Of a stretch of 64,000 nucleotides of DNA, positions 49,513-61,680 are shown piece by piece (within the stretch, counting starts at the first letter, position 1; each line of letters starts with the position of its first letter). Origin of the DNA: Lama glama (taxonomy: Eukaryota). The position numbers and the translations under genes are program-made. The stretch covers positions 5,086,001 through 5,150,000 of the forward strand of contig CM052818.1 in the NCBI GenBank assembly GCA_028534125.1, in the 5' to 3' direction. The notes below the pieces were generated by a model. It was given only the letters and a program-made list of their open reading frames with translations, searched no databases and was not told the origin of the DNA.

Positions 49513-50012
49513 NNNNNNNNNNNNNNNNNNNNNNNNNNNNNNNNNNNNNNNNNNNNNNNNNNNNNNNNNNNNNNNNNNNNNNNNNNNNNNNNNNNNNNNN
49601 NNNNNNNNNNNNNNNNNNNNNNNNNNNNNNNNNNNNNNNNNNNNNNNNNNNNNNNNNNNNNNNNNNNNNNNNNNNNNNNNNNNNNNNNNNNNNNNNNNNN
49701 NNNNNNNNNNNNNNNNNNNNNNNNNNNNNNNNNNNNNNNNNNNNNNNNNNNNNNNNNNNNNNNNNNNNNNNNNNNNNNNNNNNNNNNNNNNNNNNNNNNN
49801 NNNNNNNNNNNNNNNNNNNNNNNNNNNNNNNNNNNNNNNNNNNNNNNNNNNNNNNNNNNNNNNNNNNNNNNNNNNNNNNNNNNNNNNNNNNNNNNNNNNN
49901 NNNNNNNNNNNNNNNNNNNNNNNNNNNNNNNNNNNNNNNNNNNNNNNNNNNNNNNNNNNNNNNNNNNNNNNNNNNNNNNNNNNNNNNNNNNNNNNNNNNN
50001 NNNNNNNNNNNN
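49513..50012. other. Assembly gap (500 N)
   Basis: Direct reading. Confidence 1.
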
Positions 50013-50310
50013 AAATGATTACATATGCCAAGCACACGCAGCTTTCTAGGGGAAGTCACTTCATAATCCAGTTTTCTGGTTTCCATTTTCATTGAAGTTC
50101 AGATACAAACCTAGGATTTTATTCAGCTACTGAGGAGCTGAGATGAAGCCTTTAAGATACAAGAGTTTCTTTGTGCCTGTTTCCTGTAAGTCATTCCAAA
50201 CTACTCTCATACAACTTAAAGGAGAAATTGGGAAAACCTCTGGTCAACCTCCCCCTTCAGAAAAGTATTCCTGAATTAGATGTGATGTAGTGGACATGAT
50301 GACCTCTCAG

Positions 50311-50358
50311 AGTCTAATCTACATCGAAGAGTCTAATCCACATCGAAGTGTCTAATCT
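50311..50358 (+). repeat. 19-bp tandem repeat, about 2.5 copies (agtctaatcyacatcgaag)
   Basis: Direct reading. Confidence 0.9.
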
Positions 50359-50439
50359 TGACCAAGATGATGCTTGTGAAGGGAGTGATGATGAGGATGC
50401 CAAAGTTAAAGATGGTGATGCTAACAGTAACCCTACTGA

Positions 50440-50600
50440 TGATAATGGTAGCTAGCACTTTCAGGGAGCCTGCTCCGGGCCAGCGCTCAGCTAAGTGCTT
50501 TGCATGCATTGTCCCATTTGATCTTTGCAAAGCCCCCTCAGGTTGGTACTATTATTATCACCCCTTTACAAGGAAGTTTAGTGAAATAAATGACATAGAC
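50440..50600 (-). mobile_element. MIR
   Basis: ggtagctagcactttcagggagc...ctaagtgctttgcatgcattgtcccatttgatc...ggtactattattatcacccctttaca. Confidence 0.85.
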
Positions 50601-51399
50601 TGAATACCACTCTGTGAGTGCTCCCCAACTAGTCTTGTCTCTCTATTACTACAAAAAAAAAAAAAGGGACTTAGCTCTAATAATTATTATTAGCAGAAAA
50701 ATTGGAGGCCAGACAGTGTACAGTTGGGTTGGAAGAAGAACCTGAGAGCCCTCCACCTGGATAGCAATCAGTTAATGGATGGAGGTATCAGAAAAAAGGG
50801 AGAAAGCTCCTGGAGCAGCAGATCATTATGCGGCAGCTCAGCATGTTTATTAATCATTGTGCACAATTAAAATGCCATTTCATCCCTCTAATTAAAACAA
50901 GTAGCTCCCCGAGGCTAGCACCTGAACTAATGAAGCCTGGTTGCCTCAGGATCTTACTCAGGGAAGGGAATTAAACAACGGAGGAAGCAGTATGTTTACC
51001 AAGTTACCCAGACAACGTCAGACTGTATATGACATCATGAGGGAGCGGACCAGTTGAGCCGGTGATTTTAAACAGCCAGGGATGCTTCTGTTCCTGAGCA
51101 AAGGCTGGGTTTAAATATTGAAATTATTCTAGTTTTTGAATTGGTCAGGTTCCATCTTTTGTCATCTTGTCTACTTAATAATTACTTCTGAATCATCTTC
51201 CTTCTTGGTGTGTGAATGGGCATCTTGACATCCAGAGGAAGGAGATCCAGGGACTGTATTCTGGCATCTAAGTATTTGGTGGGGGGTGGGGGCTGCAGGG
51301 ATTTCTGAAATTGGCTGATTACACAAATAAAAGGGAATGTAGACAGATTGTGGAGTCACAAGCTAAAACAGTGGAATGATGAATGGACCAGATGAAGGA

Positions 51400-51537
51400 A
51401 AACCAAAGGTTTAGTCCAAGTATTGGTCACTTCAACTAAATGACCCTGAGCGAGGCTTTTAGTTTCTCTGTTGCACAATGAGAGGACTGGACTAGGTCAT
51501 CATCAGGTGTTTTGCCAGCTCTGAATTTCTATGGCTT
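51400..51537 (+). mobile_element. MIR3-like
   Basis: tgaccctgagcgagg...aatgagaggactggactaggtcatcatcaggtgttttgccagctctgaatttctatg. Confidence 0.6.
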
Positions 51538-53569
51538 TGGGAGAATTTGCAATCAACAAAGCCTCTCAAAGAGCTGTCATCGTGTCCTAAGGTTCTTACA
51601 AATTTGGCTGCATCAAGCCTTGCTTATTCTTTCTTTCTAATTCCTGTTTAATTTACCACATAGCTTTTCTGTCTGGGCATCGTACCTTGCGTGTAGCAAT
51701 TGTCCAGTTCAATATCTGTAGGAGAAACAAATTAGGTTAAATCCACAGATCTCAGTAACTCGGTGATTTCAGTGCTCTGTTCCTAAATAATTGGTACTAC
51801 AAAGAGCCATCTTCCATCGGGTTCTGTATCACTCTTCTGGGGAATGGCAATTCTGAGGAATATGAGAATTGCTTTCATCCCATCCAATCTACCAACTCAG
51901 TTTCCTACAATTCTGTTCTTGAAATGTCTGGTCCGTGTAGCCTCCATTTGCACTAGGCAAAAAGCCGGGGCTCACTCTTCCTTTGCTTTACTCATTACTC
52001 TCTTGGTCCTAATGATTCCCTGGTGTCCCAGAAAAAATATCTATGCCTAAAAGTTTGAAGAGCATGAAAGTATTTGTTCTTAAGCTAGTTTTTTTTTTTT
52101 TTTTATGGGTCACAGAGTTCTGTGAGACTCTGATCGATCTTACGGAACCTCTCATCAGAAAAATGCCAAAAAAAAAATTTGCAAAGAACAACAGTATGAG
52201 AGGTTCATAGACTTCCTAAAATGTATCTATGGAGCTCATATTAAGTTAAAAATCCTGTTTTAAAGAATCTCATAGGAGTTTTCAATAGTTCTTTAGGAGG
52301 CCTGTGTCTAGCTACCTCTCTTGCTTCGCTCCAGAAACCGAAGATAGCCATCAAACGTACCAGTCGGAACCAGAAATGCCAATGCTTGCCAATGATGAGT
52401 CTTTTTTTTTTTTTCTTGTACAGTGTGGCTGGCAGGCTCCAGAAGGAGATACTGTGATTTCAGTTATGACATCTCTTGTTTTTTTATTTGCAACTAGGCA
52501 GCTGGCATCCATGTTTTTATTTTAAACAAATGAAAAAGACACCAATGATGTGGCAGTAGCCATACTAATAGAAAACAAGTCATTTATAGAAAAATATTAA
52601 GGCTTCTATTTTTTCATACTATGTATCCTGTTCTTAGGGCCAGAAGGAAATTGGTAACTGGAAATTGCATGGAAATTGCAAACTCTGGTGTTAGGATCTA
52701 AGAATCTAGGAGTTTAATCTTACTGATTTGGGGCAATTATTCATATGCTGAACCTAAATTTTTCTTTCAAAACAAATTCAGTGTCTCTTGGACATCACAG
52801 TAGGAAATATAACTTGGTCAATAAGATATCCAGAAACTAGCAGAAATCAGCCAATAACTCAGATTAAGTGGCATGATAATTAGGTTTCCTAAGCATTTTT
52901 TGGTATTAAAACAAGTTAATCAACCATAAAACACAAACTCATCAGAATCCAAGGTCTTATTCAATTAACTTCTGGCCTCAAACACTTAAGTGAGGTTTTT
53001 CTTCCTTTCTTTCTTTCGAATCGTTATGTCATATTTTGCCAAGACAGAAAGGATTTCTGGGGTGGGAAATTCCAAAGATGGAATAAGAGCCAAGTCTTTT
53101 AAACTATATCATTTTACCCGTAATTATTATTTTTAGTAAAAAATGAAAACAAAAGTTTCTTCTTGCCCAGAAGGGAGATAAAATCTTGAACTTACAAGTT
53201 GAAGCAGAGGGACTGAAGTTGTACAGATTTTTGTTTGAAGTGACCCTTATATTCTTATATCATATTTACTCTAAAACACTGGATAAACTAGAAACTTGGG
53301 AGGCAAAATAACTATTAATATAATACCACCAACACATGATTTTGTGCCTAGAAGCTTTGTTTTAAATTGATTTACAACTTCTTAACATCTTTTCTTGATA
53401 GTAAGGTCAGAGATTCATAGTCAAATGAGGCAGGTGTAAACCTTTACTAGTCCCCAAATCATAGCTATAGCTTTAGCTTTCCTGAATGTGAGCCTTTGGA
53501 AAGGAAGTTTGAGCCTTTTATGTTGCCAAAGTATTGTGGTAGAGTTAAAAGGAAGAGATCTTTTTATTT

Positions 53570-53720
53570 TCTTGGTCCGACAAAACAGGTTAAAATTCCA
53601 TATGCCACATATTTAGCTACGTGACACTGGGTAAGTTATTTAATCTATGAGAGTCACAGTTTCTAGCTGTATTTGAGAGAAAAATACTTCTTCCATAAGG
53701 TTCATGGTAGGCACACTCAC
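53570..53720 (+). mobile_element. MIR
   Basis: tgccacatatttagctacgtgacactgggtaagttatttaatct...cagtttctagctgta. Confidence 0.8.
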
Positions 53721-54032
53721 AAAAAAAATCAGTTTCGCCACTATTCCTTGGATCATCAAGCCATTTGGAGTGTCACTGTAACTTCAAATGGTAGTAGAAA
53801 AGATGGAGTAGGAAATAATCTATTACTAGGAGATCGGGAAAGAGAGTGGGTCAAAATTTTGGTAGGTAACCTGAGGGTAAAGATGTAAGTAATTGGGTTT
53901 CAGAGGTGAGAATGGACCACTGGTCAAGATAATTCAGTCTATATTCAGAGTTGGCAAAGGGAAATCCAGGGCACTGAGTATGGTCAGTGAAGTATCAGAG
54001 CATAATCTGGCCAACCAGGGAAGGGATAAAGA

Positions 54033-54620
54033 GTCAAATATTTATTTGCTCCTTTGCTCAAAACTATATACTGAGAACTTGCACTGTTCTGGTACTGGAG
54101 TAGCTCACTGTCTAGCCAGGGAAACAGACAACATACACACCATACTTATAATGCACTATGATAAGTGCTAGTGCTATTTACAAAGTCCTTTGGGAATAAA
54201 GAAAGTAGAAAACTTAACATTGGAGGAGTTGAGAAATCTTCTTGGTCCACTAAAGGTTTGCAGGATGAGAAAGGAACATTTGATCGAGATGTTGAAGGAT
54301 GAGTGGAAGTTTGTCAAGGTGAAGACGCAAGATAAGAACATTCTACTTTGAGGGAAATGGGTCTATCCTGAAATCATGAACGTCTGATGTATAAAGAGAA
54401 TAATACAAAATTTAATGGCGTCAAGGAGGCTGGGTAGGAAAATGGACCCAGGCTGGGAAGTCTTCAAATGCTGATTCTGCTTTTATTGTATAAGCAAATG
54501 GAGCACTATCAGAGATTTGCTAAAGTGCTGAATGACATGACAATTTTGTTTTTTAAGGGAAATAATTCTAATAGCAGGCTGAGGATGGACTAGAGAACAG
54601 TAGTCAAGTCACAGAAATAT
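54033..54620 (-). mobile_element. L2 fragment
   Basis: caaatatttattt...ggagtagctcactgtctag...gataagtgcta...ttgaaggatgagtggaagttt...caaatggagcactatcagagattt. Confidence 0.75.
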
Positions 54621-54709
54621 TAGGAAGTTCACTGATTTAACAAATACTTTACTAAGTTTTTGAGGGGTAGAGAATGGTCATATTAAGCATTTACATCTAT
54701 AAATACCTT

Positions 54710-54930
54710 GAATTTTATTGCATTTACAGTTTATAGAATATTCTTATGTCCAGTATTTAATTTATTCTCTAAAGAGCTCTGTGAAGCAGATATTAGTAAG
54801 ATTATTCACATTTCATAGATGAAGAAAGTGAAACTGGGAAAATGAATGATTGTTTATCCATCTTCCAGTTACTAAGTGGAATGATTGGTTTAACTCAGGT
54901 ATTTGATCACTAAGATTAATTTTTTCTTTT
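54710..54930 (-). mobile_element. MIR
   Basis: ctctgtgaagcagatatt...cacatttcatagatgaagaaagtgaaact...gttactaagtgg. Confidence 0.8.
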
Positions 54931-54994
54931 TCCTAACATACAGATAGACATTCAGTAGTCAACTGCACTTTCAGCTGAGCACGGAAATTATGCT

Positions 54995-55425
54995 ATTGCA
55001 AAAACAGCTGCATTAATTCACCTTTCTGAATCAACACACTTGGTTAGTTCTCTCCCACCTTAACTCTGGACTTAGCCATATGTCTTCTTTTGGCTAACGG
55101 GACGATGTAATCATCAAACTGGAGACCTCAAAAGTGTTTGCGCACTGGGGCTTTCCCTCTCTTGCTGCTCTTTGGAAGCCTGAACCTGCCATGTGGAGAA
55201 TCCTTGGCTTGCCTTCTGCATAAGAGACTTGTGCCCAAATCATCTCCGTTGCCCCAGCTGACTTCAAGACAACCACAAGACATACGAATAAGGCCACTGT
55301 AGGTTTTCCAGCACCAGATGAGCCAACCCAGCCCAGAAGAATCACCTAGGTGACTCATAGACTTTGTTTACTGCTTTAAGGCACTAACTTTTGGAGTTAC
55401 TATGCAGCAATTATACAATGCTAAT
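54995..55425 (+). mobile_element. MaLR LTR (MLT1G/H-like)
   Basis: ctctggacttagccatatgtcttcttttggctaacgggac...aaaagtgtttgcgcactggggctt...ctgctttaaggcactaacttttggag. Confidence 0.82.
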
Positions 55426-55521
55426 CAATGGTCTAGTACAGGTTATTTCTACAAAGACTCTTTGACATCTATAGATATTCTGGCAAAGCAACAAAATGAT
55501 ATAGTTATTTCTATCAATTAG

Positions 55522-55700
55522 AGCAATGATTTTCTTACTTTATCCTGTGAAGTTTACCTGGTCAACTTGTTTGGAAAAAACTCAGACTTGAGATTACCCC
55601 AGACCTACTAAATTAATCTTTCTGTGGCAAAAAGCCTGGAAGGCTGCATCTTTAACAAGCTACCCTGTGATTCTTATTTTCGTTAAAATTTGAACTAATC
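55522..55700. mobile_element. MER5-like hAT-Charlie element
   Basis: accccagacctactaaattaatct...ctgcatctttaacaagctaccctgtgattctta. Confidence 0.7.
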
Positions 55701-56984
55701 TAGCATATTATTTTCTTTGTATTGTCAAATATTCTCACATGAATATTTAGTTTGATAAGTTACTGGAAATTAACTTTTAAACCACTAGAAAATAACAGGA
55801 ATCTCTGAATTTTTTTTCCTTTTTTTTTTTTTTTTTACAGAATCATTCTCCATAGTCTCAATGGACTTAGTGTATAAAAAGAAACCAAACAAATAATATA
55901 GACAGTGATTGAACATCAAATGGCAACATGTATTAAGTTCAATATTCACTTTCATACTGAGGTTAAATTACTAGTAGAAAAGAGAAAAGAAGAGGGGAAG
56001 AAATGAAGGGGGAAATAGTAGGTATGAATGCTCTGCAAGAGAGGAAGGGGAAACTTAATCACTGGGGTGTGTACAGTCTCCCAAAATAGAGTTCAGACAG
56101 AGAGGACTAGAGGGGAGAGGGGGTCAAAAGAAAAATAAGATAGACTTGCTAAGACTTGACCCCAACATAATTTAAGATTAATACCCACTGTAGCTGTCTC
56201 AAGTCTTTTCTGTGGATTTTTACAGCACCATAGGACAGCAAGGTTCACGAAGCATAAAGGAACACGACAATGCCTGCTAAAGTGCTGGCGTCTACCAACT
56301 GAAGGAAAGGGGAGCTCAGAGCCAACTCCCAATGAATGAGGGGGTCCGGTTACACTACGAGCTCAATTAACAGACTCGTTATTATACACAAGGACATTCA
56401 TTCTTCTGAGTGAGGGGAATGATTACAACTTGAATGGGAAAGCCACAAACCACTAATCAGGGTATCTCAGGTTTGACCTATTCAAGTATATTCCAAATTA
56501 CCCAATTAGCTAGATTGCCGATACGTTCCTTGTCACAGTTATATTGGCACTGATGATACCATAATCAGTTGTGTTAATCAGCCTTTGAAAACAAAAATGA
56601 TGGGCTACTATACTCATAACAAGGACTGAGAAATTAGAGCCACCATGTCACCGCTGTTGGGTCACTCAATGTTCTGCTCTGGCAACTGCTCTCGGAAGAC
56701 TGCATGACTTTCATTTTGTTTGCTTTTGTATTACCTGCCCCCCTACCCCCATCCTCAGCCTATGCTCCTGTTCCCTAATCTTCCAGCCTCCCTTGAAGGG
56801 CACCATCGCTACCTAGGTGACTCTTACAGCCCCTTTCCTGGTCCTGAATCCACTGGCCTTCTTGAGCCATACCTTGGTGGCCTGGATTCTTCGTACTGCT
56901 GTTGCTACCCACCAGCTCCGGCTGGGTCTATTCCTAACTGCAGAGGTTGGAAAACGTGAGACCCTCCCCACCCCAGGCTTTTCT

Positions 56985-57125
56985 GATGATGACAGAGTGC
57001 CTGTATATTTCTTGGGTGCCATAGTTGTTTGAGGGCAGGGACTGCTCACTGCTGTGGCTCCAGAATACACGCCTGCCACATAGTACATGGTTACAAATGT
57101 GTGATGAATAAGTCAGTAAGCAAAT
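56985..57125 (+). mobile_element. L2 3' end
   Basis: tttgagggcagggactg...cactgctgtggctccag...gcctgccacatagtacatggttacaaatgtgtgatgaata. Confidence 0.75.
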
Positions 57126-57679
57126 GGAAAACATTTTTATACCAGTCATAACACTATTCCAACAGAGGTAGGACATGGCATTTAAAATACACCTGGCTGC
57201 AACAAACAGGGAAACTTTCGGTCTTATTCATTTTCCCCAAAGCCTCAAATGATGTCTGGATCATTTATCCTCAAGAAATATTGTTTTGAATGAATGAATA
57301 TCAGTGATACTTTTTTTTTTCCCACTTTCTGGTGAAAATCACGACAATGTTCCAGACATGGGTTAAGGCCAGGTTGGAAACAAAGGAACAACTTATAAAA
57401 ATTCACCATCCACTGGAACTTGGAGGCGAAGACTAAAATTCTAAACCCTCTGGAAAGCAAGGTAATCTTGGGGAGATCACTGGCCTTTCTACTGCAGAAG
57501 GAGCTGGGGTTTGAATGGACAGAGACACTGCAGGTAACCCATTTGGGAATTTAGAAACAAAATAGCCTAACACTTGACTGTGGGGAAGTTGAGGAAAAAA
57601 TCCAAGAAATTTACATTTAGGCTGGTCTTTTTAAACATTACTGGCAAATATGAATGCAAAAGTTCGAGAAATGGTCTCT

Positions 57680-58050
57680 GTGGTGGTTTGGGTTCCTCTG
57701 AGATGAACATTCAAGTATGAGTGGTTTCTCTGGAAGGTGATCCTAGAAACCTGGTAGGGAAGTGGGGACGCGAGAGGGAAGGGAAGGAAGGCAGAGAAGG
57801 TGTGGTGTCAGGTCAGTTACCTGACAGCATCTGGAGGTCAGGGTCTCTAGAAAACTGGTGGACAGTGTAGGACATTCCTCGGGGTCATTCCAACCAAAGT
57901 GCCAAAAAGCTGGGACATTTTGTCACCAACTCCTTGCCATTGGTCGAAGGGCTGCTTTTAGGGACTTTAACTCTTGCCTCGTCCCGCAGGTAGATCAAGC
58001 ATGCTTCCTGGGCAGAAAAGATCCCTGGACAGATGATCACACAGTCCACG
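57680..58050 (-). mobile_element. ERVL LTR (LTR16C-like)
   Basis: ggaaggtgatcctagaaacctggtagggaagtgggga...gggaagggaagg...cagtgtaggaca...caccaactcc...cattggtcgaagggctgct. Confidence 0.75.
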
Positions 58051-58860
58051 ACCACCTCTGATTACAATGCGATTAAACTAAAATCAATTCCGCATCAGAG
58101 TAACTTGAGTCTGTTTTTGCCTTTGCAACTGCTTCCCTTTCCCCTCCCATAACTAGGGCTCTGGAACAATTAAGAGCAGTTAAAGAAGGCATTGTTCCTT
58201 TTGTTCCTGCTCAACTAAAACCTGAAACAGAGTTGGATGACTTCCACAGAGCAGAGTGATTGGATTTCACGCACCAGGCCAACGGGGAAGGTTTCGTTGA
58301 GGCAACATGTTCACTGATGCCCTCCCCACTTCTTCCCAACACCTGTGCAGAAGCACAGACACAGCGCTCAGTTCTCTAGACCCCTGCATCTTTATTTTAT
58401 TCTCTTTGGAGTTGTTCCATAACTACTGCCTATCTTATTCTCTCATTTCCTGACAAGAAAACCTAACAAGGACCTAACTTGGCGATTTCAACTCAGCCTA
58501 TGAGCTGAATCTTAAACTATTCTTAACATCAGATTTCTCTACCTGCTGGCAATTCCTGCCACAGAACACGGTCCTATCAAGACAGTCCCATAATCCACAG
58601 AATAATTCTGAAAAGGACGGTGGGTAGGGTGCTAAGGGAGCAAGATTCTAACCAAGGGTACTCTATGAGTGCCATAGAATAGTCCCAAAATGAGTAAAAA
58701 TGACCCCAAAGTTCAGGATACCTATATGAAGAGGGAATGAGTGAGAGAAATAAACCCCAGGTCTCCAGCAAGAAAAGACAACATTTGAGGGGATAAGAAA
58801 GGAGACGCTGAGCAGTGGGAGAAGGTGTCATGGAGGGGACTTAGGGTTCTGGGGAAGGGA

Positions 58861-59290
58861 AGTGTTACAAAATTAGCAAAGAAGCAGACTTCCCTAGAAA
58901 GATGCAGGTAATCTATCTTGATTTTAGTGAATCATTTTATGCAAGGCCTCGCACAATCTTACCTGCAAAGTTAATTCAGATTGGCTTGGATGGGAGCACT
59001 GCTGCCTGTGTTGAAATGTAACGCTAAATGGAAGGGGGCGACAATACCTGACATTACATCACGGGGAAGGGGGAGATTTTAGTGCAGAGTGTGAAGGCCT
59101 GGTGTTGCGTCTGGTCTTATTTAACACCTTGATTAATTCAATTCAGGAAGGAGTAAACAAAAGTATTAATGAAATCTGCACACTTCAATGGAAAAGCAAA
59201 CTACAGTGAAAGCTGAGAAATGATGCAAAGAAATACTGAGAAATTAGAAACTGGATCGGAAATAAAATAAAAGTTAGATGGAATGGTGTA
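58861..59290 (+). mobile_element. CR1/L3 LINE reverse-transcriptase fossil
   Basis: From 58908 translates VIYLDFSESFYARPRTILPAKLIQIGLDGST (cf. CR1 VIYLDFSKAFD..H.IL..KL...GLDG.T), then GLVLRLVLFNTLINSIQEGVN (cf. GSVLGPVLFNIFINDL.EG), LMKSA (cf. L.KFADD) and MQRNTEKLE (cf. IQRDL.RLE). Stops and frameshifts are present. Confidence 0.9.
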
Positions 59291-59521
59291 TCTTCCAAAG
59301 TCCACTGTACACAAAGTAATTCTTTGAGAAGAAAATCTAGAAGGCAATATATGGAGCAATATTGGAAAAGATTTTACAAGAGCATGGAACAGGAAGTGCC
59401 CTTAAGAGGTACATAGCCTGAGATGGCCACATAAAGCAATAAATATCCATTTGGTAGGAAACTTGGGAAATCTAATTTTTTCCTGTCCTAACCCTTCCAG
59501 ACTCTCATCTCTGTTTGTCCT

Positions 59522-59549
59522 ACACACACACACACACACATACACACAC
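59522..59549. repeat. (AC)n microsatellite
   Basis: Direct reading. Confidence 0.95.
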
Positions 59550-59810
59550 CCACATTTTCTGCAGGGAAAGAACAATCAGTTTTTTTTAAGGGTTGGGCAT
59601 TTTTTGGATTAACTTGTATTTTTATCAGTTACTGCTACTGTAACTGAAAAAAAAAAGTTGTTTTTTATGTTTACACTAGCTGTAGTCTTTAGAATGAAGT
59701 CTAGGGAATTTGAGAGTTCAAGAAAAGAACAAGTCAAAATTAAATTATCAAATGAACTGAGTGCTACCAAATATACTACATTTTCTTGAATCTTCCCCTT
59801 TTTATATAAG

Positions 59811-60303
59811 CTGGTCTTTCTCAGACTTTTTGATCTCAAGACGTCTTGCACTCTTAAAGTTATAGAGAATCCCAAAGATCTTTGATTGGTGTAGATTATA
59901 GCTGTCAATATGTATCGTATTAGAAATTAAAACTGAGAAAATTTTAAAATGTTATTTTACTTAAAATAGCAATAAACACAGTATATGACACAATATATTT
60001 TATGAAAAATAATGTTTCCCAAACAAAATGATTAATGGCAAATGGCATTGTTTTATATTTTTACATAATGTGCATACATTTTACACAAAGTGAATCCCTA
60101 ATATTTGGCTCAATAGAAGACAGTTGAATTCTCGTATCAGCTTCTATATTCAGTCTGCTGGATGTATTGCCTCTGTTGAAATATATGAAGAAAATCCAGC
60201 CTTACACAGATAAGTAGTTGGAAGAGAAAGGATAATGCAGACCATCTGAAAGAGTCTTAGGGAGCCTCGGGCTGGGGTCCTCATTTCAAACTTTGAGAAT
60301 CTG
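59811..60303. mobile_element. Charlie1-family hAT deletion derivative
   Basis: actttttgatctcaagac...cactcttaaa...gtattagaaattaaaactgagaaa...aatagaagacagttgaattctc...tatatgaagaaaatccagccttacacagat...actttgagaatctg. Confidence 0.88.
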
Positions 60304-61039
60304 ACTATAGGTCAAAGATTAATTACGTCACCCAAGGTCTATATATGCTGAGCTGAATTCTCTTCGTTAATAAAGAAATCATATTTTTTAATCTCCAAAT
60401 TGCATAGAAAAAAACCTTTTATAGCAAAGAAAGATCCGAGTGTTTGGGGTATGCAGTGAGATACTAAGAACATTTTCAGAGCTAACATATATGGTTTAAC
60501 AAAGCCCCCATTGCACAAGGTCAGACCAGTGAGTATTTTCAAAAATCAGCCACAACTAGAAAAAGCTCTTGGGCTTACCAGCTTGCCGTCTTGTAAGGAA
60601 TTGATTATATTTTATAAACTGCATCATTACCAATGGAAGCTCAAGCAGACCATTTCCAACGCTGAATGCTTGATTTTAGTTAACACAAATATGGCGGCTA
60701 TAAAACTTGAAGCTCACCCAAAGACAACCTCTGGAACATAAACCACCAAAACTTGAAGACTGAGTTGTGTTACTGAAGGAAGTCCAAAGGCACACAATAA
60801 CACTATTCTGCAGAATGACAAACACAGAGAAACACTTTAAAATGGTTCCAAGTCAGACTGTGTTGGGTCACCTTTCAGACTGAATTGGCCAATGAGTTTG
60901 GCAAATGTTTTTCCTGCTCTGATAAGCAGTTTTAATGACTTGCCCAAATAGTTGTTTTGGCATTCTCCACAATATTACCAAAGTATTCAACATGCAATTC
61001 TGATTATGTAACTACCTTACCTCAGATTTATTCTAAGAT

Positions 61040-61190
61040 GCCTCTTTGTGGTGTGGTCCAAAAACCACATAGGAGGATTTTTTAAGAAATGCAGAGTCCT
61101 GATGTCCACCTGAACTAGATTTTAGGGGCAAGGAGGTTCTGGAAACACCCACTTTAACTTTTACCCCAAGTGAGTCTTCTGGTATTCAAC
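61040..61190. mobile_element. MER5-like fragment
   Basis: taagaaatgcagagtcctgatgtccacc...ctttaacttttaccccaagtgagtctt. Confidence 0.55.
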
Positions 61191-61224
61191 TTCCAGATAA
61201 AACACTAATCTTTATAGGATTAAC

Positions 61225-61680
61225 TAAAGCATTCTTCATGATCAGTCCCCAAACCTCCCAAGTTAATTTGCTATTGCTCAACTCACATACCCACACCAAC
61301 TGCTTATCCCAAAATATGCTCCATTGTCTCATATTTCTTTGCCTTTGGCCCTGCTGCTTCCTTGGCAATGCCTTTGCCCTCAGTCTTGGGTACGTTTGGC
61401 CAACACTATCTTCCTCTTTCAAGAATCAGGTCAATATCACCTCTTCTGTGAGGTCTTCCCCGACTTACCCAAGGAACATGGCTTTCTCTTTTTGGGCATC
61501 ATACCTTGACTCAGCCTTACATAATTTATCCCATTGTAGCATAAGCGTCCATTTTCTTGACTATATCTCTGCTGAAATGTTAGCTCTCAGCAGCATAAAC
61601 TATAATTTTTTCCACCCCCACGTTCCAAATCCTTAGCCCAGGGGCTAGAACATGCTAAATAAAAGCTTTTGAAAATGAAC
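61225..61680 (+). mobile_element. L2 3' region
   Basis: tgcctttggccctgctgcttccttggcaatgcctttgcc...tttcaagaatcaggtcaatatcacctcttctgtgaggtcttccccgac. Confidence 0.8.

Noticed and set aside
49412..50092. Four long ORFs full of X
   Set aside because: Artefacts of the N gap.
50311..50358. Short direct repeats as a CRISPR-like array (also the duplication at 42516-42550)
   Set aside because: No spacers, 2-3 copies, eukaryotic context. These are simple local duplications.
56430..56600. Possible second LINE RT relic (…LFK…TDDT…)
   Set aside because: Needs several indels to align. Similarity is too weak by eye.
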